From: Nemertoderma westbladi
Taxonomy: Eukaryota > Animalia > Xenacoelomorpha
Assembly (NCBI GenBank): GCA_032718475.1
Contig: JAUCBJ010003827.1
Span: forward strand, 1 to 43,357
DNA length: 43,357 nt
Direction: 5' to 3'
This document shows, piece by piece, positions 21,202-34,119 of the stretch. The notes beneath the pieces were generated by a model. The model searched no databases, was not told where the DNA came from, and saw only the letters and a program-made list of their open reading frames with translations. The position numbers and the translations under genes were made by a program. Within the stretch, counting starts at the first letter, position 1; each line of letters opens with the position of its first letter.

Positions 21202-22797
21202 ATGGATCTTACATCGTCAGCATCTAAAATATCTGTGTCTCGATGTAGTAATCAAACGGATACCGAAAGAAACGCTGCATTAAACCCATCATTGAGTTTA
21301 CCACAAATTCAATGTTTTCCCCAGACAGTCGCTCAACTGCCATTGCAAACTATATTTCGGTTTAATAACCCGGTTGGCACCCCTAATGGCGTCAATGTCA
21401 GTAATACGTCATACCTTCCTATGGGATTCCCTCTGCCCTGTTCCGTCAATCAAACCTCTGGTATACCCGCAAGTGGGTTAGCTGGCGTTGCATTAATCGG
21501 TCACGGTTTAGCGGGCGGGGTTGTCCCTGTACCTCCGAATACAAGGCCGGACCATGCAGGAGTGCCCAGGAGTCTCCCGATTGCATCTTCCAACGCTAGT
21601 GTGCGCCCACTGGTCGGGGGCTCCGGGTTGCAAATGATAGCACCCGCGACATCGCTTGCTACCCCCTACGCGGCTCAAGGTACCTCGTTTCCGATTTCGC
21701 CCACGATTGTTACGGTTTCCAACACCACTTCCACCGATCCTAGGAGAATCGTTGAACTCGCGTCGCACGATAACGATGCAAATCAAACAGCGGCGACTAA
21801 CAGCGCAGACTCGGACAGCGGTGTTTCGGATGGGTCGCGGCCCGTACCGGCGGGTGAGTCAGCACGCCGGCGACGGGAGTTCATACCGGACGTTCAGAAG
21901 GACGGCGTCTACTGGTGTAAACGTCGGAAGAACAACGAAGCGGCCAAGCGATCCCGCGAGAAACGACGACTCACTGACCTCGTTCTTGAGTCAAAGGTCA
22001 TCGATTTGACCAATCAGAACCATCGTCTACAATCCGAGGTAAAGTCGCTGAAGGAGCAGGTTGTTATTCTAACGGAAAAACGTCCGGCAGATAAACCGTC
22101 GGATCGTATAGCTGTCACTCATTCTTCCTTCTTCCCATCGACGATAGCCGATTACGGGTTCCCCCATCGTATGATGTTGGGTGTCTGCCAGCCGCAGCAG
22201 CCGAACTGCTCCCCCAGTAGCAGTCTGGCCCCCAGCGGCTTCGTGCTGCTCCCATCCGGAGTGCAACCCGCCGGCCCACTCCCCTCCGAGGCCGACCTCC
22301 CACTGACTCCCAACAGCCTCCCCAACCATCCAGTACCGCGACTTTCCGTGTCCGACAAGTCGACCTCCTCCGACGAGGAGCAGCGTGTCCCAGCCGCGCC
22401 GCCCGTCGGCCCCTCCGACAACCATTGTGCTAATCTTCAACTTCCCCACAAGCTCCGTCTGAAGGCCGCCCTCTCGGACCCAGGGCGCTCCCACCAAACC
22501 GATACCTCGGTGTGTCTGTCACCAACAGTACCGACATCCTTTCAGAACGGCCACGGTTTAACCAATCACAGCCCTGCATCTCTTCCGACCTCCAATATGG
22601 ATCCCTCAGTCGAGAAGCGGATCTCTGTTATGGCCGAAGAGATTGAGCATCTCAAATATTTGGTTACAGGTAATAAAAACCTTTCTATAAAGGCGGAGAA
22701 ACGTCGTTCTTCGGATAGTTGTGTCTCGCACCATGGCAACGGTAACCATGGCGGCAGTAACAGTGTAAGTTCATCGAGTGACGGATCCCAAACGTAA
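21202..22797 (+). CDS. NFIL3: NFIL3/E4BP4/vrille-family bZIP transcriptional repressor (531 aa, single coding exon)
   Basis: Basic region RRRREFIPDVQKDGVYWCKRRKNNEAAKRSREKRR followed by a zipper. LPHKLRLK motif and C-terminal helix ISVMAEEIEHLKYLV match NFIL3-family hallmarks. GC-rich relative to flanks. Confidence 0.9.
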   Translation: MDLTSSASKISVSRCSNQTDTERNAALNPSLSLPQIQCFPQTVAQLPLQTIFRFNNPVGTPNGVNVSNTSYLPMGFPLPCSVNQTSGIPASGLAGVALIGHGLAGGVVPVPPNTRPDHAGVPRSLPIASSNASVRPLVGGSGLQMIAPATSLATPYAAQGTSFPISPTIVTVSNTTSTDPRRIVELASHDNDANQTAATNSADSDSGVSDGSRPVPAGESARRRREFIPDVQKDGVYWCKRRKNNEAAKRSREKRRLTDLVLESKVIDLTNQNHRLQSEVKSLKEQVVILTEKRPADKPSDRIAVTHSSFFPSTIADYGFPHRMMLGVCQPQQPNCSPSSSLAPSGFVLLPSGVQPAGPLPSEADLPLTPNSLPNHPVPRLSVSDKSTSSDEEQRVPAAPPVGPSDNHCANLQLPHKLRLKAALSDPGRSHQTDTSVCLSPTVPTSFQNGHGLTNHSPASLPTSNMDPSVEKRISVMAEEIEHLKYLVTGNKNLSIKAEKRRSSDSCVSHHGNGNHGGSNSVSSSSDGSQT

Positions 22798-23587
22798 CCC
22801 GTTCCGCCAACTCCCATCCTATTGTTCGGAATGTTTCCCCTTGTTCTAGAACAGCCGTATGTTTTTTTAATATAATATATTCATTATTAACTTAGGAGTT
22901 TAGGAGAAGCGGCCACGTAATTACCCACCACTGAGTATTACTACTTATTGAATGAAAGTAGCTGGTACTTAGTTTAATGGCCACTACCCAGTTATACAGT
23001 ATCTTCACGGTAACTGTCTATTTAAAACAGTTCACTTTTTATAACAATGTGTAAAAGATTTAAAATATACTAACTTTTTTATTTCCTATAAACTATAGCA
23101 ATTAGAAACTAATTAAATTAATTATACTTTGTGTTCTGCATTTTATTAGAAATATTATATTACTTCGTTGCTATCTGTAATATTCTCGTAGGGTCTCACT
23201 TCACACATATTAGGCCTATATATTTTCTACACTACGGCACATTTGAATAGATTTAGTTTAGCGAGAAGTATATATGTAGGTTTTAGCGGAACGGCGTCTG
23301 ATATTTAATGCGAGGGTTTAATCTACTGACATACGGGCGCACTGCGGACACGTCAGCGAAACATTGGATAAGCATCTGGCTTAGCATCTGTCACAGTCGG
23401 TACCTACTAGTACCGTCCCACTGCTTAGCATCTGTCACAGTCGGTACCTACTAGTACTGCCCCACTGCTTAGCATCTGTCACAATCGGTACCTACTAGTA
23501 CTGACCTACTGCTTAGCATCTGTCACAGTCGGTACCTACTAGTACCGTCCCACTGCTTAGCATCTGTCACAATCGGTACCTACTAGT

Positions 23588-24956
23588 TAGTGTTGAGAAC
23601 TGTAACTGTAATTATACTGTAACTGCAACTGTAACTGAATGGTTTTGATGATTTTTTTGATACTGTAACTATAACTGTAACTGTAATTGCGAATTTTGAA
23701 TACTGTAACTGTAACTGAAACTGTAATTACGAATTTTGAATACTGTAACTGAAACTGAAATTAACAAAATCCGATTCAGTTCTCAACCACACAATTAACA
23801 TGAATGAGCATTTAAAACAGTATTGTAATAAAGTATAGAGTATAGTTTAATAAATGAATAACAGTGGTTACCATATATGGTTACCATATATAATAGGTAT
23901 CATTTTTAAAACATTGTTATAAAAAAACAATCTCATTTTTTCCACATCTGAACAAAACCATAATATTACACAATATAAAATCAAAGACCCATTGTCCACT
24001 TAGCTCAAATGTGATTTATTTGGCGAGTCAAGTTAGTGAACGAAGATCTACAGTAGCATAAAGTCTATGTTTATCTGTCTCAACTATTAGACTATCACCT
24101 ATCAGCCTTATCACCACTTTGGTTTCATATTAAATGTAAATGTTTTAGATAAACAAAGTTAGGCCTAATGGTAGAGGGATATTAACGGATTTTACATTAT
24201 TAATTATTAATGTTTTTACCGGTACTATTAATATCACAATCACACTAGAGGCACACTGGAAATTAAATTTTGATCAAGTTTGCCATTATAAATTACAAAA
24301 TTAAACTTAAAAGTGAAAGGAGCAGCTTATCGAGGTGGGTCTAACCAAAACAATAAATATATGATTACTAAAACAAATTACGAATTAAGGAAAATGAGCA
24401 GGATTCAGAACCATGGCTTTATAACCAAAACAATAAATGATAACAATAAGTGTACAAGCACTGAAACAAGTTGTACAGTAAAATGTGGGTGCCTTTAGTT
24501 GATCTTGTGACCGCCACTTTCATTACATACAGTACTATCAGTAGGCCCTATATTAGTTACAAACTATTACCATAGAGTGGGTCCAACTTTCCTACAACAA
24601 CTACCTATTAGCTCTAGAAAGAGGACGTTTCGTAATGAACATTATTATTAGCATATATAACAGTAATATATTAAAGTGCCTCATTTTTAGTTTCAGATGA
24701 CTGCTTACTACGTGAGATCATATATATTGAATCTATAACTGAAACTGTAACTGAAACTGAAATGCTCAATTTTGTAATACTGAAACTGTAACTGTAACTG
24801 AAATGTTACACTTTGTAATACTGAAACTGTAACTGTAACTGAAATGTTACACTTTGTAATACTGAAACTGCAACTGTAACTGAAATGCAAAACTTTGAAT
24901 ACTGAAACTGCAACTGTAACTGAAATTAGTCAAAATTGATTCAGTTCTCAACACTA
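23588..24956. mobile_element. hAT-type non-autonomous element (1369 bp) inserted in the 44-bp satellite
   Basis: TIR TAGTGTTGAGAACTG / CAGTTCTCAACACTA, subterminal AACTGT/AACTGA hexamer arrays, 8-bp TSD CTACTAGT (23580-23587, 24957-24964). Confidence 0.9.
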
Positions 24957-25880
24957 CTACTAGTACTGACCCACTGCTTAGCATCTGTCACAATCGGTAC
25001 CTACTAGTACTGCCCCACTGCTTAGCATCTGTCACAGTCGGTACCTACTAGTACTGTCCCACTGCTTAGCATCTGTCACAGTCAGTACCTACTAGTACTA
25101 CCCCACTGCTTAGCATCTGTCACAGTCGGTACCTACTAGTACTGTCCCACTGCTTAGCATCTGTCACAGTCAGTACCTACTAGTACCGTCCCACTGCTTA
25201 GCATCTGTCACAATCGGTACCTACTAGTACTGCCCCACTGCTTAGCATCTGTCACAGTCGGTACCTACGAGTACTGCCCCACTGCTTAGCATCTGTCACA
25301 GTCAGTACCTACTAGTACCGTCCCACTGCTTAGCATCTGTCACAATCGGTACCTACTAGTACTGCCCCACTGCTTAGCATCTGTCACAGTCGGTACCTAC
25401 GAGTACTGCCCCACTGCTTAGCATCTGTCACAGTCGGTACCTACGAGTACTGCCCCACTGCTTAGCATCTGTCACAGTCAGTACCTACTAGTACTGCCCC
25501 ACTGCTTAGCATCTGTCACAGTCAGTACCTACTAGTACTGTCCCACTGCTTAGCATCTGTCACAGTCGGTACCTACTATTACTGTCCCACTGCTTAGCAT
25601 CTGTCACAATCGGTACCTACTAGTACTGCCCCACTGCTTAGCATCTGTCACAGTCGGTACCTACTAGTACTGCCCCACTGCTTAGCATCTGTCACAGTCG
25701 GTACCTACTAGTACTGCCCCACTGCTTAGCATCTGTCACCGTCGGTACCTACTAGTACTGTCCCACTGCTTAGCATCTGTCACAGTCGGTACCTACTAGT
25801 ACTGCCCCACTGCTTAGCATCTGTCACCGTCGGTACCTACTAGTACTGTCCCACTGCTTAGCATCTGTCACAGTCGGTAC

Positions 25881-27597
25881 TAGAGTTGTAACAGAGACCT
25901 GTCACTGATCTCTGATCTCTGGATTCTCCGGGTAATTTTTTGGTCTCTGGATAGGTCTCTGGTTCCCGGGTAGCCTATTGAAAACAGACAGTTTACCCAG
26001 AGATCAGTGATTTTACAAATTAGAAATATATATTTAAAAATAGATCCTGTACAACACAAAATGTGAAATTAAGATTATTTTTCACAAATTTTTTACAATT
26101 AATAATTTCTTTAATTTTTAACTATTTTTAATACTCATCTTCAACAAAATTATATATTCACTTTTACACTATTTTTAATCTAACTCTAAATGTTACTCAA
26201 ACTAAATGTACCGATAATATTATATTTAATTAATTTAAGGCGCGTTTAATTTTAAGTTAAATTAGCACCTAAAGATGGTTCTTATTTAAGGATAAAGGTG
26301 CTTAATTTGAGCACACATAATGTTTAAAAGTGAAAGAAAGGGCTGATCTCCATTCAACTTGTTGTAGGATAGATAATATGACGACCAAATGAAGAAAACG
26401 AGCGTAACGAGGCTTGTAAATGGGGCTATAGTAGAGTACCATACCTGTGCACCGTATTTGTAATTTACTAAGTTTATTTTATAGTACATTGAATGAAATG
26501 TATATGATTTGAACAATTGTAAAATAAGTGCCTTTAATTAACAAAGTAGCAGTACCTATGGCGCAAAACAAATTTATGTAACATATTATGGCTCTCTTAC
26601 AGTTTGCCGTGCCACCTATTGCTATAATGACACGGTAAAGTGTAATAGGACTGAGAAGCTCTCTTACAGTTTGCCGAGCCACCTATATATTCAATATAAT
26701 TCAAAAAAATATAATTGTTATAATTATATAATATATATTTACGCAAGTGATACTGTAATTTACTCTACGTACAATTACATTTTGTTACGTCTTGTGTAGC
26801 TAATGTTTTTATTGTTTGTTACTAAACCGGGTACACTTCCTTCACTTCCTTCTAGTTTCCCTAATTATGAAATGATCTATTAAAAACTATCATTTTATTA
26901 TATCATAAAATTGCTAAAATGGCAAGCTAGCTAGTTTTTCTTTCTTGTCTTTTAAATGTTCTAGAGCATTATCAATCTATTTCATATAAAAATGTTGTTC
27001 TAGAACAAATATTTTTTGTTCTAGAACAAAAAATACAAAGCACTAGCTAACTTGTTAATTTTTTATTGTATGTTATCTTTGTATAATTTTTTTTACTAGC
27101 TAGTTTTTGTTTATTTTTTAATGTTCTAGAACATATTCTATACATTTAATATAAAAATTTTGTTCTAGAACAAATATTTTTTGTTCTAGAACAAATATTT
27201 TAAGATCATTTTATTATATCAAAATATGGCTATAATGGCACGGTAAAGTGTAAGAGTCCCCCCATATTATTAACAATAACAAAATAAGAACGAATTAATA
27301 AACAAATAACCAAATTAATAATAATTAAGTCCCCCAACCTGTACGTGTACGTGCGCTTATTTTATTCCAATGGGTCAGGGTTGACATGGGTTGGAGTTAC
27401 TGTAATTCAACCATATAAAAATAGTTATCAGTCCATATGTACCTGTTTGTGCTTTATGGGACTAATCAAAATGTAAGTACAAAAATAAGCCAAGTCTCTG
27501 ATCTCTGGGTCTGGTCTCCGGTATTTTTCAAAATAATTATCTGGGTAGGTCTCTGGTTTACCGGGATTAAGAAAAACAGGTCTTTGTTGTAACTCTA
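25881..27597. mobile_element. hAT-type non-autonomous element (1717 bp) inserted in the 44-bp satellite
   Basis: TIR TAGAGTTGTAACAGAGACCTG versus TAGAGTTACAACAAAGACCTG (reverse complement of the right end), subterminal TCTCTG repeats, 8-bp TSD GTCGGTAC (25873-25880, 27598-27605). Confidence 0.88.
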
Positions 27598-28034
27598 GTC
27601 GGTACCTACTAGTACTGCCCCACTGCTTAGCAACTGTCACAATCGGTACCTACTAGTACTGCCCCACTGCTTAGCAACTGTCACAATCGGTACCTACTAG
27701 TACTGCCCCACTGCTTAGCATCTGTCACGGTCAGTACCTATTATGTTACATCCCTCTTTCTTTCAATCTGTAGTTTGTTATTGTTTATAGTCTGCCGTAA
27801 CATTACTGTGCTAGTATTTACTAAGCCTATGATATTATTATTTACTTCACTTTTACTTGTTTGTACTTATATTTAGTTATGCCTACTATAATTATTATTT
27901 AGTACTTACGTTAATATTAATACATTACATACATACATATTGATTCTAATATTGATATTATTATGTGGCATCCGGTTTATATCTATAATGTAATATGTAC
28001 ATAATATGTACACATATAGGATAGGTACGTTTTA

Positions 28035-28606
28035 AGTATACACTATAATACACCAGTATACACTATAATACATCAGTATACACTATAATACACCAGTATA
28101 CACTATAATACACCAGTATACACTATAATACACCAGTATACACTATAATACACCAGTATTCACTATAATACACCAGTATACACTATAATACACCAGTATA
28201 CACTATAATACACCAGTATACACTATAATACACCAGTATACACTATAATACACCAGTATACACTATAATACACCAGTATACACTATAATACACCAGTATA
28301 CACTATAATACACCAGTATACACTATAATACACCAGTATACACTATAATACACCAGTATACACTATAATACACCAGTATACACTATAATACACCAGTATA
28401 CACTATAATACACCAGTATACACTATAATACACCAGTATACACTATAATACACCAGTATACACGAAAAAATACACCAGTATACACTATAATACACCAGTA
28501 TACACAATAATACACCAGTATACACTATAATACACCAGTATACACTATAATACACCAGTATACACTATGATACACCAGTATACACTATAATACACTATAA
28601 TATACC
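28035..28606 (+). repeat. 20-bp minisatellite (CACTATAATACACCAGTATA)n
   Basis: Near-perfect tandem array of about 28 units. Confidence 0.97.
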
Positions 28607-30696
28607 ATGTCCCTTTCACGCCCTATGTTATATAAAGATAATTTAATTTTCTGATGGGAACTAAAAATTATATTAATATTGTGTCGCTTTTGAAACTTAA
28701 TTACCGGTACCGGTATTTAATAATACATTATTTTTTCATTGGGAACTAACGACAATATATTATTCTCAGGTATAATCTGATCGATATTCATAAACATTGA
28801 AAAAATATTTGGAATTCTTAACTCAGGTTTTTCTAATAGATATTTGAAATAGTAATTAAAAATGAAATTAAAAATCCGTTTCCTGTGTATACATATATAC
28901 AACATATAAATATTGGGGTGACGTTTTATCAGAAAAATCAATAACATTACGGGACATGGTGTACATTATTATCAAACCAAAAGTTGTTAACTTACTTATA
29001 TTTAGAACGAATATGATATCATTTGGGAATGAAAATACAATCTGAGAGTCAACTAATACGTATCGGTACATTAATATTAACTAATCCGTTGTTGTACGTA
29101 CATGACGTGTACACAGAACACACCCCTTGTGGATGGAAACGGTTTGTATAATAATTAATAATATATACTTATTGCAAGACGTCCAATCAATTAATTATTA
29201 TCTATTGCATATCATGGCATTATAATATATTATAAAATACTCGTAGTTTGTAGAAATCAATGGATGAGTTTTATTAATGTTCTATGAATATTCATATGAA
29301 GTAATAATCCCTCATTTATAATGTAATTAACAGAATAAATTACGTTGGTAAAAGTTAAACCTCCGTTTAATTGGTATTATATTTTATATATTTAATAATT
29401 ACTAATAATATGTCATTGACAAGGTCCCATAATTATTCAAACATCAACTTAATCTTCTTTAATCATGTTATTATTGTTAATTTCTAACTTGCTTTTGTTA
29501 ATTAATGTCAATTACACAGGGTCACCAACCACCACCTTCTTGGCTTTGTTTTAAATTTAAATTAGTTGGTATCAGTTTGTTATTCGGTTTTGTCAGACTA
29601 ATTATTGTGTTTCAGATTTAGATGTAACTATTTATTTAATATGCACTCGCTCAGGTTTTACACCGTGTATCTTGTTACATTATACACACACTCAGGTGTT
29701 TCAATGCAATATTATAGGGTTTTCCGTGCATTTGTTGTTCTATGTTTTTTGTTCATGTCTTTTTGCGTTTCAAATTATTAGGAATTATTTAATTAGCAAA
29801 TTTTTCTCAAATCGGCATAATATATTTATCTTTAGTCGCGGCATATATTATTCGATGCTTAGTACTAATGTTAGGGAGTTGGTTGTTTACTTGCTTTACA
29901 TAAAATATTATGTCTGACATCTCAATTTGTTATATTTTAGCAGATTTTTGAATTATTCAAATCAACCTCACTCGCATATGATAATTGGTATTACAAAATT
30001 ATTTACAAAATAAATTTTTGTAAAGTGTCTACTTTATCATATATTATGTATTAATTGTGACCAAATATATTTTATTTTCTTGTACAACAGTATATAACAT
30101 AGATTACAAAATATTAAATTAATATTGAATTATGTATTGAATAAGTCACAATAATTACACTCATTGTGGCACTGTAAGTAGAACTTTTGATTGCATTCCG
30201 GCCCTCGACTTCTACCCAGATTAACTCGTTCCGTACCGGTACTGTAATCAATAATTCGCTACTTTACTATCCTCTGCCTGTATAGATTATCTTGAATCCA
30301 ATTAAATTTTGTTTCAATTTCTATAGATTCTTACAACCGTTATATATCTGCATCTGATAATTATTATTGATGTTACTGATTTGTTCTTATCATTAAAGTA
30401 TAATCCGTTGATGAGGGATGGTTACTAAGTAACAAACCACTTTTATAGAGTTAGGAATCAATTTTATTTTGCATGACTGACTTTTAATTGAACATGGTGT
30501 TTGTGATGACTTATTTTTAATTGTGTTTATTAGTTTGTAATGTAGTTTTGTAGGTATTTAGTGAATTTATTACTATATTATGCTTTTTTAGTTTGTGCTT
30601 GCTTATATGCTTATATTTTTGTGCTTATAATCTGGCTTATGTATCTAGCTAGTAGCAGTTGTTAATTTTAGTCTGTATATTATATATTTTGCTTTA

Positions 30697-31401
30697 AGCC
30701 TCGTTTACACCTTCTGGTAGTAAAATCTACCATATTTTGTGACGACATTTTTCTTCAGTTTTTTGGCTCAAAATTCAAAAACTGTGAATGAAGAGGTTCA
30801 ATGATAAAAATATCGGAAATTTTTTATAGCAATTTTATTTAGAACACGACCGGTGTTTTTCCACGGTTTTTCTCACATTCTTTCCGTCAGAAAAAAATTT
30901 TCAAAAATGATCAAACTTTTGAGAAAGTTACCTCGTGGCAAATTTTCTGAATTTTACATGTTTAAAATAAAATCAAGCCAGATCAGCAATATAGGAATTT
31001 TAATGGGTTAGAGAATTTTTATATTAATTTTTTATTAACATTTCCCTGCTGTTAATAACTTGTTTGACAAAATCAGCTTTTACTCAATCCAATACAATAA
31101 ATATTATTGTAATGCCATTCATGCAATAAAATATGTCTTCCTTAATATCTAAAAATTAATCTTCAAACAATCTGTTTATCGACTCAATTTGTATCTTTTT
31201 AAATGTCATATTTGAATGAATAATTTCCAAGCAAATTAAAATTTGTCCGGTGTGCCTGTACACTGCTCAATATTTATGCTGTCCGAAATTTCAAGCTTTT
31301 TGTATATAAAAGGGTATACCGGTACTTGTCTTTTGAATATGATCTTAATTTCGATCTGTCTTATCTATCACAAAATATATTGTTATTGTGCAAACCTGGC
31401 T
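30697..31401. mobile_element. Possible PIF/Harbinger-like MITE
   Basis: Left AGCCTCGTTTACAC versus reverse complement of the right end AGCCAGGTTTGCAC (11/14). TTA flanks both sides (30694-30696, 31402-31404). Confidence 0.45.
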
Positions 31402-31750
31402 TTAATTTAGTTTGTGTTTATGCAGTAGCCTAGACATTTTACTAATAATTCAATTCACTTATTTCGTACAGTATATCTACTAATCTATTACTAGTAGGGG
31501 TTTATTTTATTTGATTTTAATTGCCTTGTGACGTCGATTTTGATAATATTAGACACAAACAGTTTGTCAATTTCATTGGATCATTATTGCAATAATTTTT
31601 ATTATAATGGGATGTTTAAGGTACAAGCCAGATAAGCGGGGTGGGGTCCTATAATACGGTCGGTACCCATATCTGGTCGATAATATGGTTAAGGAGTGTA
31701 TATTGTTTGACTATAAACAATTAAATCATGGGGTAACATACCCTTCTTAA

Positions 31751-32792
31751 GGGGACCATTGTCCGCAACAAAAGTGAAACTTTCGAAAATTTGCAAAATT
31801 TCAAGACAATTTTATTCTTAAATTGTTACTTTTTCGCTCGAAATTACCCCAAAATCGGGAGAACAAGTTGCACTTTATTTCCCTAGTGAAAAAAAGTAAC
31901 CCATAGGATTGCATTGATTTTACTTTTTTTCCCGGCGAAAAAAAGTAAAATAAAATATTTTTGGTGGAATTTCTTAAATTTTATTAAATCTGTTGGAAAG
32001 AGCATCGACGTAGAAAAGGTTTGCACGTAATTTGAGTAAAATCCATTCACAAACTCAAAATTTATTGTAACTTTAGTGTCTGCCAGGCGTACTCCAAAAC
32101 GGAACTCAATATCCAATATTCTTGGTTTATGTAGTTAAGCGGCTCTCAAGTGGCGTAATAATTATTCGAGAACACTAAATTATTTAACTTTGAGTAAGGC
32201 AGCATCAGGAGTTGAAGAGTACAATAATTGGAATCGCAGTAACTATGGAAGCAATATAGTAAAATACTCTATATACAGTTAAATTTATTTTGTAACACTA
32301 TATCGCTCTATCTTTTATTAAAGAATGGAGCAACAAAAAGGTACCAATTTAAGAATAAATTTACGTATTACATGGGAAAAAACGTAGAACAATTTTTTTC
32401 CCATGTAATAAATAATTATTTTATCTGTTTTTGAATGATTGAATGATTCTTTTACAACAAAACAGCACTTTTCAACAACTGTATTAAAGGATAATATTCA
32501 TGACTCTCTGTATAAAACAACCTTTTTTTTCAGTTTGTCGATTTTACTTTTTTTCATCACTAAATTCCCTACTACTTTTTTATTTTTTACTCTATTGTCA
32601 TCAAACTTATACCAAAATGTCCAGCCGCTTTCGGGCTACAATCCTGGGTGGTTTTGTAAAACACGACCATTTGGATCTTCTAGACCCAATTTTGTAACTG
32701 CTACCCTTTGTCTATCACTAATGAAGTTTCAGTAGTTTTATAAATGAAGTAGCTTTATAAATAAAGAAAATAGATTTGAGGTAATGGTCCCC
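31751..32792. mobile_element. Kolobok-like non-autonomous element (1042 bp)
   Basis: TTAA|GGGGACCATT...AATGGTCCCC|TTAA. A TTAA TSD with purine-purine termini fits Kolobok rather than piggyBac (CC..GG). Confidence 0.7.
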
Positions 32793-33234
32793 TTAACCGT
32801 GGCTCTTTCTTGGTTTGTTAAAATATTAAGAAATGAATCGGCAAAGGCGTGCTCTGTCTCAGTCTGAATCAAACCGTATTCTTTCAGTATGATTGTACCA
32901 TATTCTACGGTCACGCTGAGGTAAGGCCTAACACTAAGTCATTCATCACAGATGCAGACAGTACAAGCTACAAAGGTCGTTACCGCCGGTAACGGTCGTT
33001 ATCGTTACCGGTGCTGTACCGCGTATGGTGTCAGTTTCATTCATTCTGTTGCTACCTACTGAATGAATGAACAGAACAAGCTACATAGCAGGTCGTTGCT
33101 GGTACCATACGGCACTCAATCTAATATACAGTTAATACCAGATAAAGTAACTTTTTCTCACACATCCGACCCTCTTTACATTTTGTCACTCATCGCATAT
33201 CTCGTTTGTTTATAAATATTCGCAATGAGGACTA

Positions 33235-33427
33235 GTGTACAGCAGGGACTGTCCCTGGTGTACAGCAGAGACTGTCCCTGGTGTACAGTAGGGACTGTCC
33301 CTGGTGTACAGCAGGGACTGTCCCTGGTGTACAGCAGGTACTGTCCCTGGTGTACAGCAGGGACTGTCCCTGGTTTACAGCAGGGACTGTCCCTGGTGTA
33401 CAGCAGGTACTGTCCCTGGTGTACAGT
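33235..33427 (+). repeat. 23-bp minisatellite (GTGTACAGCAGGGACTGTCCCTG)n
   Basis: About 8 units, each with dyads CAGGGAC-T-GTCCCTG and TGTACA. Confidence 0.92.
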
Positions 33428-34119
33428 AAGGTAAATCTCCTGCGTTTTAGACAATATAATAAATAGCTAAAACCATATTATTCGCAAGATAACTAATAAG
33501 TCTCATTGACTCGTAGTAGAATGTCCTCATAAACATTGATGTACAACTCCTGGCCGCCGCGTGTACCACTCACGCATTCACCTTATACTGTAGTAATGTA
33601 TTATTTATTGTGCTGTGTCTCTTTTATTACGATTGTGTCCTTTGTTTTAAGGTTTATGTGTGTCTATCTGTATTCTTTATCCAACCAATATAAATTAAGA
33701 TGACGTATGTTTGTGTCGTATAATCACGTTTATCCGATGTCAATAAAACACAATACTACAAAATTTATTACCACATCTACCATTACATTAGCTATTCCAA
33801 TATAATTAGTATTTAATTGCCGCCCACATACAATCATACAAAACACGAATGGCCATGGAATTTATTTCATGTATAAACTCGAAAGAGTATAAACAAAAAC
33901 TTAGGAAGTTCCCCTGAGAAATGTCGCCCTCTTGCGGCGTTCTATTTCATAATATTGAAAGTTTAAATTTCAGCGGATCCTAAACGTCAGAGGGATGGAT
34001 CATTCATATATATATACACGAAGTGGGGCCTTCGCGCAGCACGTGACTTAAATTTAATTTAAGTACTAATTCGAAAGTATTACTGTATTAGCAAATTTTA
34101 AGCAGATTTCGCCTAATCA

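Larger units (their letters stand above)
23379..27740 (+). repeat. 44-bp satellite split into three blocks (23379-23587, 24957-25880, 27598-27740)
   Basis: Unit GCTTAGCATCTGTCACAGTCGGTACCTACTAGTACTGCCCCACT. The register continues across both insertions. Confidence 0.95.

Noticed and set aside
21508-22817. Antisense and alternate-frame ORFs over NFIL3
   Set aside because: Shadow ORFs of a GC-rich CDS with no recognisable domains.
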